From contig JAPDFW010000095.1 of the NCBI GenBank assembly GCA_028826165.1, positions 62,001-126,000 of the forward strand: a stretch of 64,000 bases of DNA, written 5' to 3'. Below are positions 26,359 through 38,240 of this stretch, in pieces. The notes beneath the pieces are model-generated. The model did no database searches, was not told the origin of the DNA, and saw nothing but the letters and a program-made list of their open reading frames with translations. The DNA comes from Anaeramoeba ignava BMAN. Its lineage: Eukaryota > Protista > Anaeramoebae. Both the position numbers and the translations under genes were made by a program. Within the stretch, counting starts at the first letter, position 1, and every line of letters starts with the position of its first letter.

Positions 26359-28232
26359 TTAATCCCAATTTTTTAATATCTCTTTTGTTAATTTTTTGAT
26401 ATCTTTATCTTTATCATTTTGTTTTTGAATTTCATTCACTTTGTTTTTTAAATCTAATTTTCCTGCTTCTAAAATTTATTTTAAAAAAATTATTTTAAAA
26501 AAATTTAATTTAAAAATTTAATTTATAAAAAAATTTCAAACCTTCTTTTGAAACTTTGAAAATCTCAAACAACTTCAAAATTGCAACTTGGGTTGTATTC
26601 TGTTCTTCTGGTGATAAAGTTTTAGCACAAAAATCAATTAATTCTGTTCTTTTTTTTTGATCTAAATCTAAAAAGAATTTCAATCAAAACAAATATTTTT
26701 TTTATTATTATTAAATTTTAATTTAAACTTTAATTTAAATTTTTTTTTACTTGGATCTTTTGTAAAAATCTTAACTAAAGCTTCTAAACCAGGATCATAA
26801 ATTTCATTATTCTTTTCTGATTCTTTAATTGCTGTTAATATTCTGTCAATTCCCTTTTCTCCAATTTCCTTAATTTTATCTTTAAATTAAAATTTTGAAA
26901 ATTTTATTTTTAAATAGATTGAAAAATTTTTTTTGTTTTAAAAACCTTCTTGATTTGAATAAAAATTTAATAAGAAACATCCATTTTTTTGAATTGATAT
27001 AGTTTTTGGAAAAGATTCCATTGAATCTAAAATCTTGGAAATTGAAATATCTCTTTCTTCTTTTTCTAATAAAATTATTATTATAAATTTTTAAATTTTT
27101 AAATTTTCAAATTTTTAAATTTTCAAATCTACTTTCATCTTTGTTTTCCTTATTTAATCTAACTCCCTTCAAAAGCTTTTTTACTTCATTTTCTTCTCCT
27201 TTTTGAGGATCTTGATTATTTTCCAAATTTTCTTTTGGTTTTTCCATCGTTTTTTTATCATCTTTAATATTTTTAATTTCATTTTGGATCTTCTCAAGTT
27301 CAGTTTTCAATTTTTCTTCTTGTTGTTCAAGACCTGAAAGTTTCGTTGTCATCTCAGTAATCTTTTTTTCATTTTCCTTAATTTTTGTGTTTTTTTCATT
27401 CTCAAAAAATTCCATAACAACATTCATTGGAAAATAAGAAAGTCTTTTCAGTTCTTTAATTTGACTGTCTGAAATTGTTTTCAAATTCTTTAACTTGGTC
27501 CAAAATATCGAGGATTAATTTTCCATATGAAATTCGAATTTCTGGATTCATTGTTTGCTGTTGTTTTTTGTATTGCATTTCTTGACTTTTTTCATTTTTA
27601 CTCAACCATATTGTAATCATTTTAATCAAAGATTTTTCATATGTTTTTTCAGTGCTATATCCAAGTAATTCAATCAAAGAAATCAACTCTTCTTGAGTTA
27701 ATGTTGGGACTTTTTTTCCGAAATTTTCCCTGTCTTCATAAATTAATTTGGCACAAACTGGATCGAAGTCTCTTAAACTGATTGTTTTTAATTTCAAATA
27801 ATAATTGAATGCATTATCTTTATTTAAATTTTCTTGAATTTTCAATTCGATTTTTTCTTTAACAGTTTCCAATCCAAGTTGATCAGCAAAATCATACATT
27901 TTTTCGAAATTATTCATGTCAATATCAATGTGAAAATTGTAAAGGAATTGAATAATTGGTTCAACAATTTCTGGTTCAAAATCTCCAAATGAAATTTCAT
28001 TTACTCCTCTTTCTCTGATTTTGACGTATAATTTTGGAGCACGAGCATCAATGAAAATTTGATGGCATCGAATTGGTTTTTTTGATTTTCCACAATATAT
28101 TGTAAAATCTGCTCGTGATCTTTGTGTCAAATATATTGATCCAATTTGTTCTTTTGCTTCTTTTTCAATTTTTTTTTGAATTTTGGATTGTGAATTTGAT
28201 TGTACTTTTTTTCCTGCTAATGAAGGATCCAT
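26359..28232 (-). CDS. BTB/POZ-domain protein with coiled coil and spliced C-terminal helical region (4 GT-AG coding introns; frameshift near 27470)
   Basis: ADFTIYCG...IRCHQIFIDARAPKL...IIQFLY BTB motif. Canonical introns can be traced down to TAA at 26359-26361. Confidence 0.7.
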
Positions 28233-28239
28233 TTAAATT

Positions 28240-28481
28240 CTAATTTATATATTAATTTATATATTTATTTATATATTTATTTATATATTAATTTATATAT
28301 TAATTTATATATTTATTTATATATTAATTTATATATTTATATTAATTTATATATTTATATTATTTATATATTTAATTTATATATTTATTTATATATTTAT
28401 TTATATATTAATTTATATATTTATTTATATATTTATTTATATATTTATTTATTTATTTATTTATATATTTATTTATTATAT

Positions 28482-28528
<47 letters not shown>

Positions 28529-31030
28529 TTTTATATATTTATATATATTTTATTTATTTATTTTATTTTATTTATTTATATATATTTATTTATTTGTATA
28601 TTTATATTTATATTTATTTTTATTTTATTTATTTATTTATTTATATTTTATTTATATTTTATTTTTATATTTATTTATTTATTTTATTTTATTATTTATA
28701 TTTATATATTTATTTATTTATATTTTTATTTTATATATTTATTTTATTTATTTATTTATTTGTTTATTTATATATTTATTTTATATATTTATTTATATAT
28801 TTATTTATATATTTATTTATATATTTATTTTATAATTTATTTATTTATTTTTTTATATATATTTTATTTATTTATATATTTATTTTATTTCATTTATATA
28901 TTTTATTTTATATATTTATTTATTTATTTTTATATTTTTTTTATATTTATTTTTTTTTATTATATTTATTTTATTTATATATTTATTTTATTATTATTTA
29001 TATATTTTATTTTATTTTTTTTTATTTATTTTATATATTTTATTTATTTATTTATTTTATATTTATTTTTATTTTATTTATTTTGTTTATATTTTATTTT
29101 TTATTTATTTTATATTTATATATTTTTATGTTTTATTTTTATTTTTTATTTATTTATTTATTATATTTATTTTATATTTATTTATATATTTATTTTTATA
29201 TTTGTTTATTTATATTATTTTATTATTTATTTATTTATATTTATTTTTTTATTTATTTATTTTTTTATTTATTTATTTGTTTTTTTATTTATATGTTTTA
29301 TTTTTATTATATTTATATATTTTATTTTTTATTTGTTTATATTTTATTTGTTATTTATTTATTTATTTTTATTTATTTATTTATTTATTTATTTTATTTT
29401 ATTTATTTTTTTTTATTTATTTTTATTTATTTATTTATATTTTATATATTTATTTATTTATTTTTATTTATTTTATTTATTTATTTATATATTTTTTTTA
29501 TTTATTTATATTTTAATATATATATTTTATTTATTTATTTGTTATTTATTTATTTTATTTATTTATATATTTATTTTATATATTTATTTTATATTTTTTT
29601 TATTTATTTATATATTTTTTATTTTATTTATATATTTATTTTTTATTTATTTTATTTATTTTATTTATTTATTTTTTATATATTTATTTATTTTATTTTT
29701 TATTTTATTTATTTATTTATATTTATTTATTTATTTATATTTTATTTTATATATATATTTATATTATTTATTTTATATTTTTTTTATTATTTTATTTATT
29801 TATATATATATTTATTTTTTATTTTATTTATTTATATATTTATTTTATATATTTTTATTTTTATATATTTATTTATATATATTTTATTTATTTATTTATT
29901 TTTATTTATATATTTATTTTTATATTTTATTTTATTTATTTTATTTTATATTTATTTATTTATTTATTTATTATATATTTTATTATATTTATTTTATTTA
30001 TTTATTTTATTTTATTTTATTTTATATATTTATTTATTTATTTTTTTTTATTTGTTTATTTGTTTTATTTATTTATTTTTATATTTTATTTTTATTATTT
30101 ATTTATTTGTTTATTTGTATATATTTTTATTTTATTTTTTATTTATATATTTTTATTTTATTTTATTTTTTTATTTTTTATATTTTTTATTTATATATTT
30201 TTTATATTTTTCATTTATATTTTTTATTATTTATTTTTATTTTATTTATGTATATATTTTATTTTATATATTAATTTATATATTTATTTATATATATTTT
30301 TATTTATTTATTTATATTTTTATTTATTTTTATTTATTTATTATATATATTTTTATATTTTTATTTATATATTTATTTTATTTTTATTTTATTATTTTAT
30401 TTATTTATTTATTTTATTTATTTATTTATTTTTTATTTATTTATTTTTATTTATATTTATTTTTTTAATATATATATTTATTTTTATATATTTATTTATA
30501 TATTTATTTTATATATTAATTTATATATTTTATTTTTATATTTATTTTATATTTTATATTTTATTTATTTATTTTATTTATTTTATTTTATATATATATT
30601 TATTTATATATTTTTTATTTATTATATTTATTTTTATTTATTTATAATTTATATATTTTATTTATATTTATTTATATATTTTTTATTTATTTATTTTATA
30701 TTTATTTATATATTTATTTATATTTTATTTATTTTTTTATTATTTATTTATATATATTTTATATTTATATATTTATTTTATTTATTTTTTATTTATATAT
30801 TTATTTATATATATTTATTTTTATATATATTTATTTATTTTTATTTATATATTTATTTATATATTTATTTTTATATATTTATTTATATATATATTTAAAT
30901 TGTGTGTATTAAATTGTGTTTTAATTTATGTTATTAATTTTATTTTAAATCAGGAAAAAAAATTAAAAAAAAAAGGAAAAATATTTTTTTTTGCTTTTTT
31001 TTTTCTTTTTTTTATTTAAATAAAAATTAC
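28240..31030 (-). other. ~2.8 kb near-pure A/T low-complexity tract; probable GT-AG intron in the 5'UTR of the BTB gene
   Basis: Minus-strand GTAATT at 31030 and ATTAG ending at 28240, 7 nt before the ATG. TCATTTT motifs on the minus strand at ~31120-31140. Confidence 0.55.
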
Positions 31031-31192
31031 ACTTTTGTTTTGTTTTAATTTTTGTTGTTTTGTTTTGTTTTGTTGTTTTGTTTTGTTTTGTTTTAATTTG
31101 GATTTTTAAAAAAGAAAAGAAATGAAAGAAAAAAATGAAAAAAAAAAAAAACAATTTTTCATTTTTTTTTTCTTTTTTTTTAAAAAATAAAA

Positions 31193-33358
31193 ATGTTTGG
31201 ATTAATAGAAGAAAATAATCAATTTGATAGTTATTCTGATTCATCAACATCTTCTAACGAAACTTCACAAGAAACTTCTAAAGAATCTCTTGAAGAAGAT
31301 TTAAATAAAAATAAAAATAAAAATAAAAATAAAAATAAAAATAATTTAAATAAAAATAATCAAAAAATAAGTGAAATTAATTATAAAAATGGTTACATTG
31401 ACAATTATATTGATTCAAAAAGTCCAAAACAAACAAAAAACAAATTAATTAACAAAAATGAACATATAAATCAAAATCAAAATCAAAATCAAAATCAAAA
31501 TCAAAATCAAAATCAAAATCAAAATCAAAATCAAAATCAAAATCAAAATCAAAATCAAAATCAAAATCAAAATATAAATCAAAATCAAAAACAAAATCAA
31601 AATCAAAATCAAAATCAAAATCAAAATCAAAATATAAAATAAAATCAAAATATAAATCAAAATCAAAATCAAAATCAAAATCAAAATCAAAATATAAATC
31701 AAAATCAAAATATAAATCAAAATATAAATCAAAATCAAAAGAAAAGATTAACCAAGAAAAAATCAATAAGACCTCTTCCTAAACCAATTCCTAATATAAA
31801 TTCCCAAATTAAAGCTGAAAAAATTGATCAAAATAATCAAAATTCAAACCAAAATCCAAAATCTTCCAAAATCAATATAAACTCAAAACAAAAACAAATA
31901 TCAAAATCACCACAAATTACCAAAGAATCAAAACCACCAAATATTCAAAGACAAAATTCTGAAATTGAAAATGAATCAACAAATAAGAAAAAAAGTAAAA
32001 AAAAACCAATAAGAAAAGAAGAAGAAAAAAAGAAAAAAAAAATATTGAAAAAATCATCATCAGAAAACGAGGAAACCAAAACAAATCAATTGCGGAATAA
32101 AACAAAAAAAGCAAACAAAAAGGAATCAGAAAGCAAAAAGAAAAAAAAGGAAACAGAAACAATAGAAAAGGAAGGAATTTACGCTGGAATATCAATTGAA
32201 AAAGCGCAATGGATTAAAAAGGAAAAAAAGGAGAGAATTGTATTTGATATCAAGTATCGAAATCAAGAGACAATGGAGGACAAGCTTATAGCAAGGGAAT
32301 ATCAAGATTTTGTTTGGTTAATGCATATTTTAAGGAGCGAAACACCGGAATTTATCATCCCAACAATTCCGGAAAAAATAAATCGCAAACAATTAAAGGA
32401 CGAGGCGCCAGATTCTTTAAGAGTATTTTTGGAACGCTTCCTCATTCGCGTTGCAACTCATCCTGTTCTCGCTTTTACTTCTAGTCTGCAAACATTTTTT
32501 GGAGTTTCCGATTCTTCTGCTCTGCAAAAGCAAAAAATCGGAAAAGGAAAGTTGCAAAAATCACAACAAGAACAAGCTTTTCTGGATTCCAAGATCAAAG
32601 AATACGAGGCAAAAAACCCTCAAATGGATGCTTCATTTATAAGCACAAAACAAAAGGAATTTATGAATATCAGTAAATCAACAGAAAAATTAATTAAAAT
32701 GTTAGAAGAATTGACGGGAATCAAAAACGGATTTAGCTCGATTTACCAACAAATCCCAGAATATTTGAACGAGCTTCTCCCGCCAATTGCTCCTGAAAGA
32801 AAACCCAATGTTTTTTGGGATCGTTTGACAGAAACCCTCAATTGGATTTCCTCTTTATTAAGTGAACGTTCTGAACAAGAACGTCAATTTATTGATGAAC
32901 AATTTAAAGATTTCAGAAGACAAACTGAAGGATGCTTTTTCGCTTTAAATTACTATGAAAAACAACTTTCCCAATATGTTAAACTTGCAAAGGATTTTGA
33001 GGCAAAAAGAATCAAGTATCAAAAACTTTTTGGTCAAGGTGTTAAAGAGGAAAAAGCTCAAGATGATTTATTGAAAACTGAAAAAACTTTGGAAATTGAA
33101 AGAGATAAATATCATCGTATTTGCAGAATTTTAACTGCTGAATTGAAAAGATTTGATGTTCAACATCGTCAAGATTTTCGTAATTTATTTCTTGATTATT
33201 CCATGTCTCAATTTGCTTTTCAAAGAGGAATTTTAATTCTTTGGAAGAAATTTGTTGAAACTTATCATCAATCATTTGAAAATGATGAAAATGATGAAAA
33301 TGAAAATGAAAATGAAATTGAAAATGAAAATTCAAATGAAAATTCAGATTCAGATTAA
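31193..33358 (+). CDS. Sorting nexin, PX-BAR type, with N-terminal NQ-rich low-complexity region (frameshifts near 31640 and 32030)
   Basis: PX motifs REYQDFVWL, IIPTIPEK, LERFLIRVATHPVL. BAR helix ELKRFDVQHRQDFRNLF...WKKF. Confidence 0.85.
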
Positions 33359-33439
33359 TTAATTGATAAAATATAATTATGTTTTATTTCTTTATTTTGA
33401 TTTAATTATAAATTCTCGGAATGTCTCTTGAGAATTTTT

Positions 33440-33720
33440 TATCAAATTTTTGATTAAATTTTTTATCAAATCTTAATTTCAAATTTTGATTAAATTTTTT
33501 ATCAATTCTTTATCAAATTTTTGATTAAATTTTTGATTAAATTTTTTATTAAATTTTTGATTAAATTTTTGATTAAATTTTTGATTAAATTTTTGATTAA
33601 ATTTTTGATTAAATTTTTGATTAAATTTTTGATTAAATTTTTGATTAAATTTTTTATTAAATTTTTGATTAAATTTTTGATTAAATTTTTGATCAAATCT
33701 TTTATCAAATCTTAATTAAA
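33440..33720. repeat. 12-bp tandem repeat TTGATTAAATTT between convergent genes
   Basis: Direct reading. Produces the spurious IKNL/IKFL ORFs. Confidence 0.9.
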
Positions 33721-33751
33721 TTCTTTCTAAATTTTTTATTAAATTGTTTTA

Positions 33752-36700
33752 TTAAATTCTTCTTATTAATTTCTCAATTTCTTCTTGTGAACTTAATTCT
33801 GATGCAAGAAAAAGTAAATTTTGAAAATCTTTTTCTTGGAAAAAATTTTGAAACTTGGAAATAATTGAAATCATTCTTTCTTCAATTTCATCATCAATTA
33901 ATTGAGTTTCAATAACTTGAGCAATAATTGAAATAATTTTAGGAAGATTTTTGAAATTTTCACCAATAAAAACTTCATCTTCTTCCTCAATAAACTTGCA
34001 AAAAAGATCATATGTTTTTGGAGATTCTTCCTCATCAAATGAAACAGGAAGATAAGAAAGCCAAGCTTGTAAACTTTGTTGATATTGAATATTTTCTCTT
34101 TGAAAATAACAAATTTTTCCAAGTGCACAAATAGCATTATCAGTTGGTGAAGCATTTGATTCTTCACGTGAATCCTTCTGCAGAATAATTGAGTTTAATT
34201 TTTGTGTAATTTCTTGGCAATACGGCCCAAATATTTTGCCTAATTTCTCAGCACAAACGCCAAGACAATAAACAGTTGCTTGTCTTAAACCTTGATCTTG
34301 ACTCAACATAAACTTCATACTTGGTTCATAAAAAAAATCATTCCAATATTTCAAAAACTCATTTTCTCCTCCATATTCCACAATATCCACAAATACACAC
34401 ATTGCCATTTGCTTATCATAATCGCGTGTATTCGGCTCCAAAAACGAAAGATAATATTGCAAAATGTTATTATGGAAAAAATCCAGAAACACTTTTTTGT
34501 GGAATTTCCAAAATTGTGTCATTGTTTCGACAACTAAATATGAAATTTCATCTTCTGTTGATAATTTATCTGACATTTTCTTCTCCAAAGATTCGTGATA
34601 ATGATCTTCGTCCAAATAAATTGTTTGTAACTTCGATTTTCTTTTGATTGAAGACTCAATTACTAAAGGAATGATTGGAAGCAATTTCTCTGCAAATTCA
34701 TCACTTATTGTTGTTTTAACATATCCAAGAATTTCTCCAATACTTTGTATCAAAACTGAGATAACATCAGGAATTTTTTCCTTTTCAAGACATTTGCACA
34801 ATTCAATAAGAAATTGATGAACAAATTCCTCTCGAACTTGAGATAATTCCGAGTAAATGAGCTGATTGTTATTATCATTATTAATTTCAATTTTCAATTT
34901 TGAATCCAAATTTGAATTTTCTTTTTGTGAATTTTCTTTTTGTGAATTTTCTTCCTCATAATTTTCCATCATTACTTTCACTAACTCTGTCCCACACATT
35001 GATGCAAAAGTGCGTGTTGATTCATCATAATAGTAATTTAACAACGGCATAATTGAATCAACTATCATTCTTGAATAGGGAAGAATATTTGATTTGAGTT
35101 GCTCAATTAATTCGTTAATAACTGAAACTGCAACTTGTTTTTCTTCAATTTCTGCAGTTTTAATTTGTATTTTCTGATTCCGATATAAAAGAATTCCATG
35201 AACAGTATTTCCTTGAATTTCTAAATTTTGTTGAGTGGGATTAATTTCATCCTCAGATATAACATGTATTTGAGGTTGTTGAGTTGCTTTTTCCAAAATG
35301 AACGGGATGATTGAAGGTAAAAATGTCCCAAAATGATTGGGAATTGCTGATGCAAGTCTTGCCCATCCTCTTAAAAGATGCAATAGTTGTGGATCATCAT
35401 CTTCCAAATTACTTGATTGAATTTTAAGTAGTTCTTCAATAACTACATCTGAATCTTTAACGAAAATTTCTTCACCAACAGCTTCAGCAATAATTGTGAT
35501 GCATTCGATAAGTTTTGCTCTTAAATTTCTGTAATTTTTATCAGTAGCATTTGAGAATACTTGGGTTAAAAACGGGAATATTGAATCATAAAACTTTTTT
35601 TTATGGAATTTTAAAAATAATTTCTATAAATGAATTTTTGAATTTAAATTCCTTTTTCAAAAATTACTTGAGAAAATGATTCTTTTGAAACAGAAGCAAA
35701 TGAAGAAATTGCAGAAACAATTTGTTCTTGCAATTTAACAGACTCTTGTTGAATCATTTCAACAAACTTTGGCATAAACAATTCTAAATAAGGAGTAATA
35801 ATTTCTTGAGAAATTTCTTGACAAAAAAAAACTAAAGAAAGAAGTGTATGAAATCTAATAACTTCATAAGAATCACTCAATAAATTTAAAAGTTTTGGTA
35901 AATAATCTTCATAATAATTATTCTGAAATGTTTGCACAAAATCCGAACAAAGTCTTTGTGTTGCAATACATGCTGAAAGACGTACTCGAGGATGAGAATC
36001 CTCAAGAGAAAACGAAATCATATTTGCAATCTCATCCAAAAATTCAAGCATTATATCATGACAACCTTCCCCAATTGCTGATAATGCTATTGCAATTCCT
36101 GACCGTTTTTTCCAATCGTCAAGATTTTGTATTTTTTGAAACTGATTTTTTAATATTTCAAAGACTGGATCTCCAAAAGAAAGAGACATTCTTTCAAGAA
36201 CATTTTCTCCAACATTAAATTCTGTTATTATTGATGATTCAAGATCCTTGAGTTTTGAAACGTTATTTGGATTCAATGAGAGAATTACATGATTTTTTAA
36301 TGAGTATAATTGAAATTATCTTATTTTTTGATTTTTTATTTACAAAATTATTTTCCCAATCTTCATTTTCTTCATCAATATTAAAAATCATTTCAAGTGA
36401 TGTATTAAATAATGATTCAATAAAATTTTCTATTCTTTCTGCAATTCCTGTTGCATTTTCAGCAAAGGTAACAAGAAATTCTAATGAAAGAAATCTAATT
36501 TGTATTTTATTGAAAATAATTTTTAATTTTTAAATTAATTTTTAATTTTAATTTTTAATTTTAATTTTAATTTTAATTTTAAATTTAATATTAATTTTAA
36601 AATGAATTTTGATTTTAATTTTAAAATGAATTTTAATTTTAATTTTAAAATGAATTTTAATTTTAATTTTAAATTTAATTTTAATTTTAAATTTAATTTT

Positions 36701-37881
36701 AATAATTAATTTGAATTTTGATTTTAATTTTAATTTTAAAATGAATTTTAATTTTAATTTTAATTTTAAATTTAATTTTAAATTTAATTTTAATTTGAAT
36801 TTTAAAATGAATTTTGATTTTAATTGGAACAATAAATATCTTGAGGAAATTCATTAGAAACTGAAATTTTAAAGAAAATTTGACAAAAAGAATTATAATA
36901 TTGTCGATAAAATTGTGGAAGAATTGAAACAATATCAGTTAATTCTTGAATAATTTCTTCAATTAAATCCATCTTTTGTTGATTTGTTAATTCAAAAAAT
37001 AATTGTAATATTGAAGGAATAAAAACAGTAAATGATTCTCTTTTTTGTTTGTTTAAAATCAATATATATTTGTTAAAAGCTTTTGTTGCAAAAAATCGAA
37101 TTTGAAGAGAATTTTTTTCTGAAAAACTTTGTTTAAATATTTCAAAAATTTCATTTGGAATTGATTTAATCATTTCTGGTATTTGTAAAGAGAGTTGTTG
37201 AATTAAATATAATATATCAACTTGAAGTTGTTCATTTGAATCATTTACATTTTTAATAATAAATTGTATTAAATCATCCCATTTTTCTAAATAATTTTAA
37301 TTTTAATTTTAATTTGAATTTTATAAATAATTTTAATTTTATAAATAATTTTAATTTTAATTTTAATTTTGGTTTTAATTTTAATTTTGGTTTTAAAATG
37401 AATTTTTTTAATAGATACCAGAATCATAAGAAGTAGAAGCTAAAACAGAAATTGCATCACAAACTCTTTTTCTTAAAAAATTATTTGGTTGAATTTGAAA
37501 TGTAATTAAAAGTTGATTTTGAATTTGAATTTGATTTTCTCTATTAATATTTTTCCAATAAATTTGAGTTGGTGAAATTGCTTGTCTAAAAAGAATAGCT
37601 GATAATAATCTATTCTATTTTTAATAAAATTATAAAAAATTTTAAATTTAATTTTTTTAACGTTTTTTTTTCTTTTTTTTCTTTTTTTCTTTTTAATAAA
37701 GAATAAAAAATACTTGTTGAGAATTTGATTCTTGTAAAACTTTTAATAAAAATTCTAAACATTGAATTGAATTATTTTGTAAAAATTCTGTATAAATTTT
37801 TTCAGCTTCATTTCTTTTAAAATTATTTGTTTCTAAAAGTTGTGTTAATAATTCTTCAAATTCTTTAATTTGTTTTTCCAT
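33752..37881 (-). CDS. IPO5: Importin-5 / karyopherin beta-3 (Pse1/Kap121 family); 5 introns, one AT-AC
   Basis: Spliced motifs NFKRNEAE, IRFLSLEFLVTFAE, ALSAIGEGC, DSHPRVR, LRAKLIECITIIAEAVGEEIF, DDDPQ, IKTAEIEEK, LRQATVYCLGVCAE, PTDNAICALGKI, WLSYLPVSFDEEE. Confidence 0.9.
36502..36839 (-). other. AT-AC spliceosomal intron (ATATTT...AATAC), 338 nt, filled with AAAATT repeats
   Basis: CAA G|ATATTT...TAC|AA ATT AGA gives NEFPQ-E-IRFLSLEFL. The nearby GT combined with either nearby AG gives a frameshift or a TAA. Confidence 0.8.
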
Positions 37882-37989
37882 TTAAAAAAAAAAATAATTA
37901 GAAAAAAATGAAAAAAAAATTAATTTGGAAATAAATTTCTTTTAATAAAAAAATTGGAAAAAAAAAATAAATCAAAAATAATCTTTCTT

Positions 37990-38240
37990 TTTCTTTTTTT
38001 TTTTCTTTCTTGTTAATTAATTTGTTCTCTTTCTCTTTTTTGTTAATTAATTTGTTTTCTTTTTCTTTTTCTTGTTAATTAATTTGTTCTCTTTCTCTTT
38101 TTTGTTAATTAATTTTCTTTTTCTTTTTTGTTGATTAATTTGTTTTCTTTCTCTTTTTTGTTGATTAATTTGTTCTCTTTTTCTTTTTTGTTAATTAATT
38201 TGTTTTCTTTTTCTTTCTTGTTGATTAATTTGTTTTCTTT
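37990..38240 (-). repeat. ~30-bp tandem repeat containing the last codons and stop of the upstream membrane-protein gene
   Basis: Unit AAAGA(A/G)AACAAATTAAT(C/T)AAC matches the gene's KKTN-stop sequence. Confidence 0.7.

Noticed and set aside
28594-30647. Long F/Y/I/L-rich ORFs (624 aa, 504 aa and others)
   Set aside because: By-products of a T-rich A/T tract that lacks stop codons; no protein-like composition.
33440-38240. CRISPR-like or telomeric arrays
   Set aside because: The repeats have no unique spacers, are not G-rich telomere units, and lie in a eukaryotic intergenic or intronic context.
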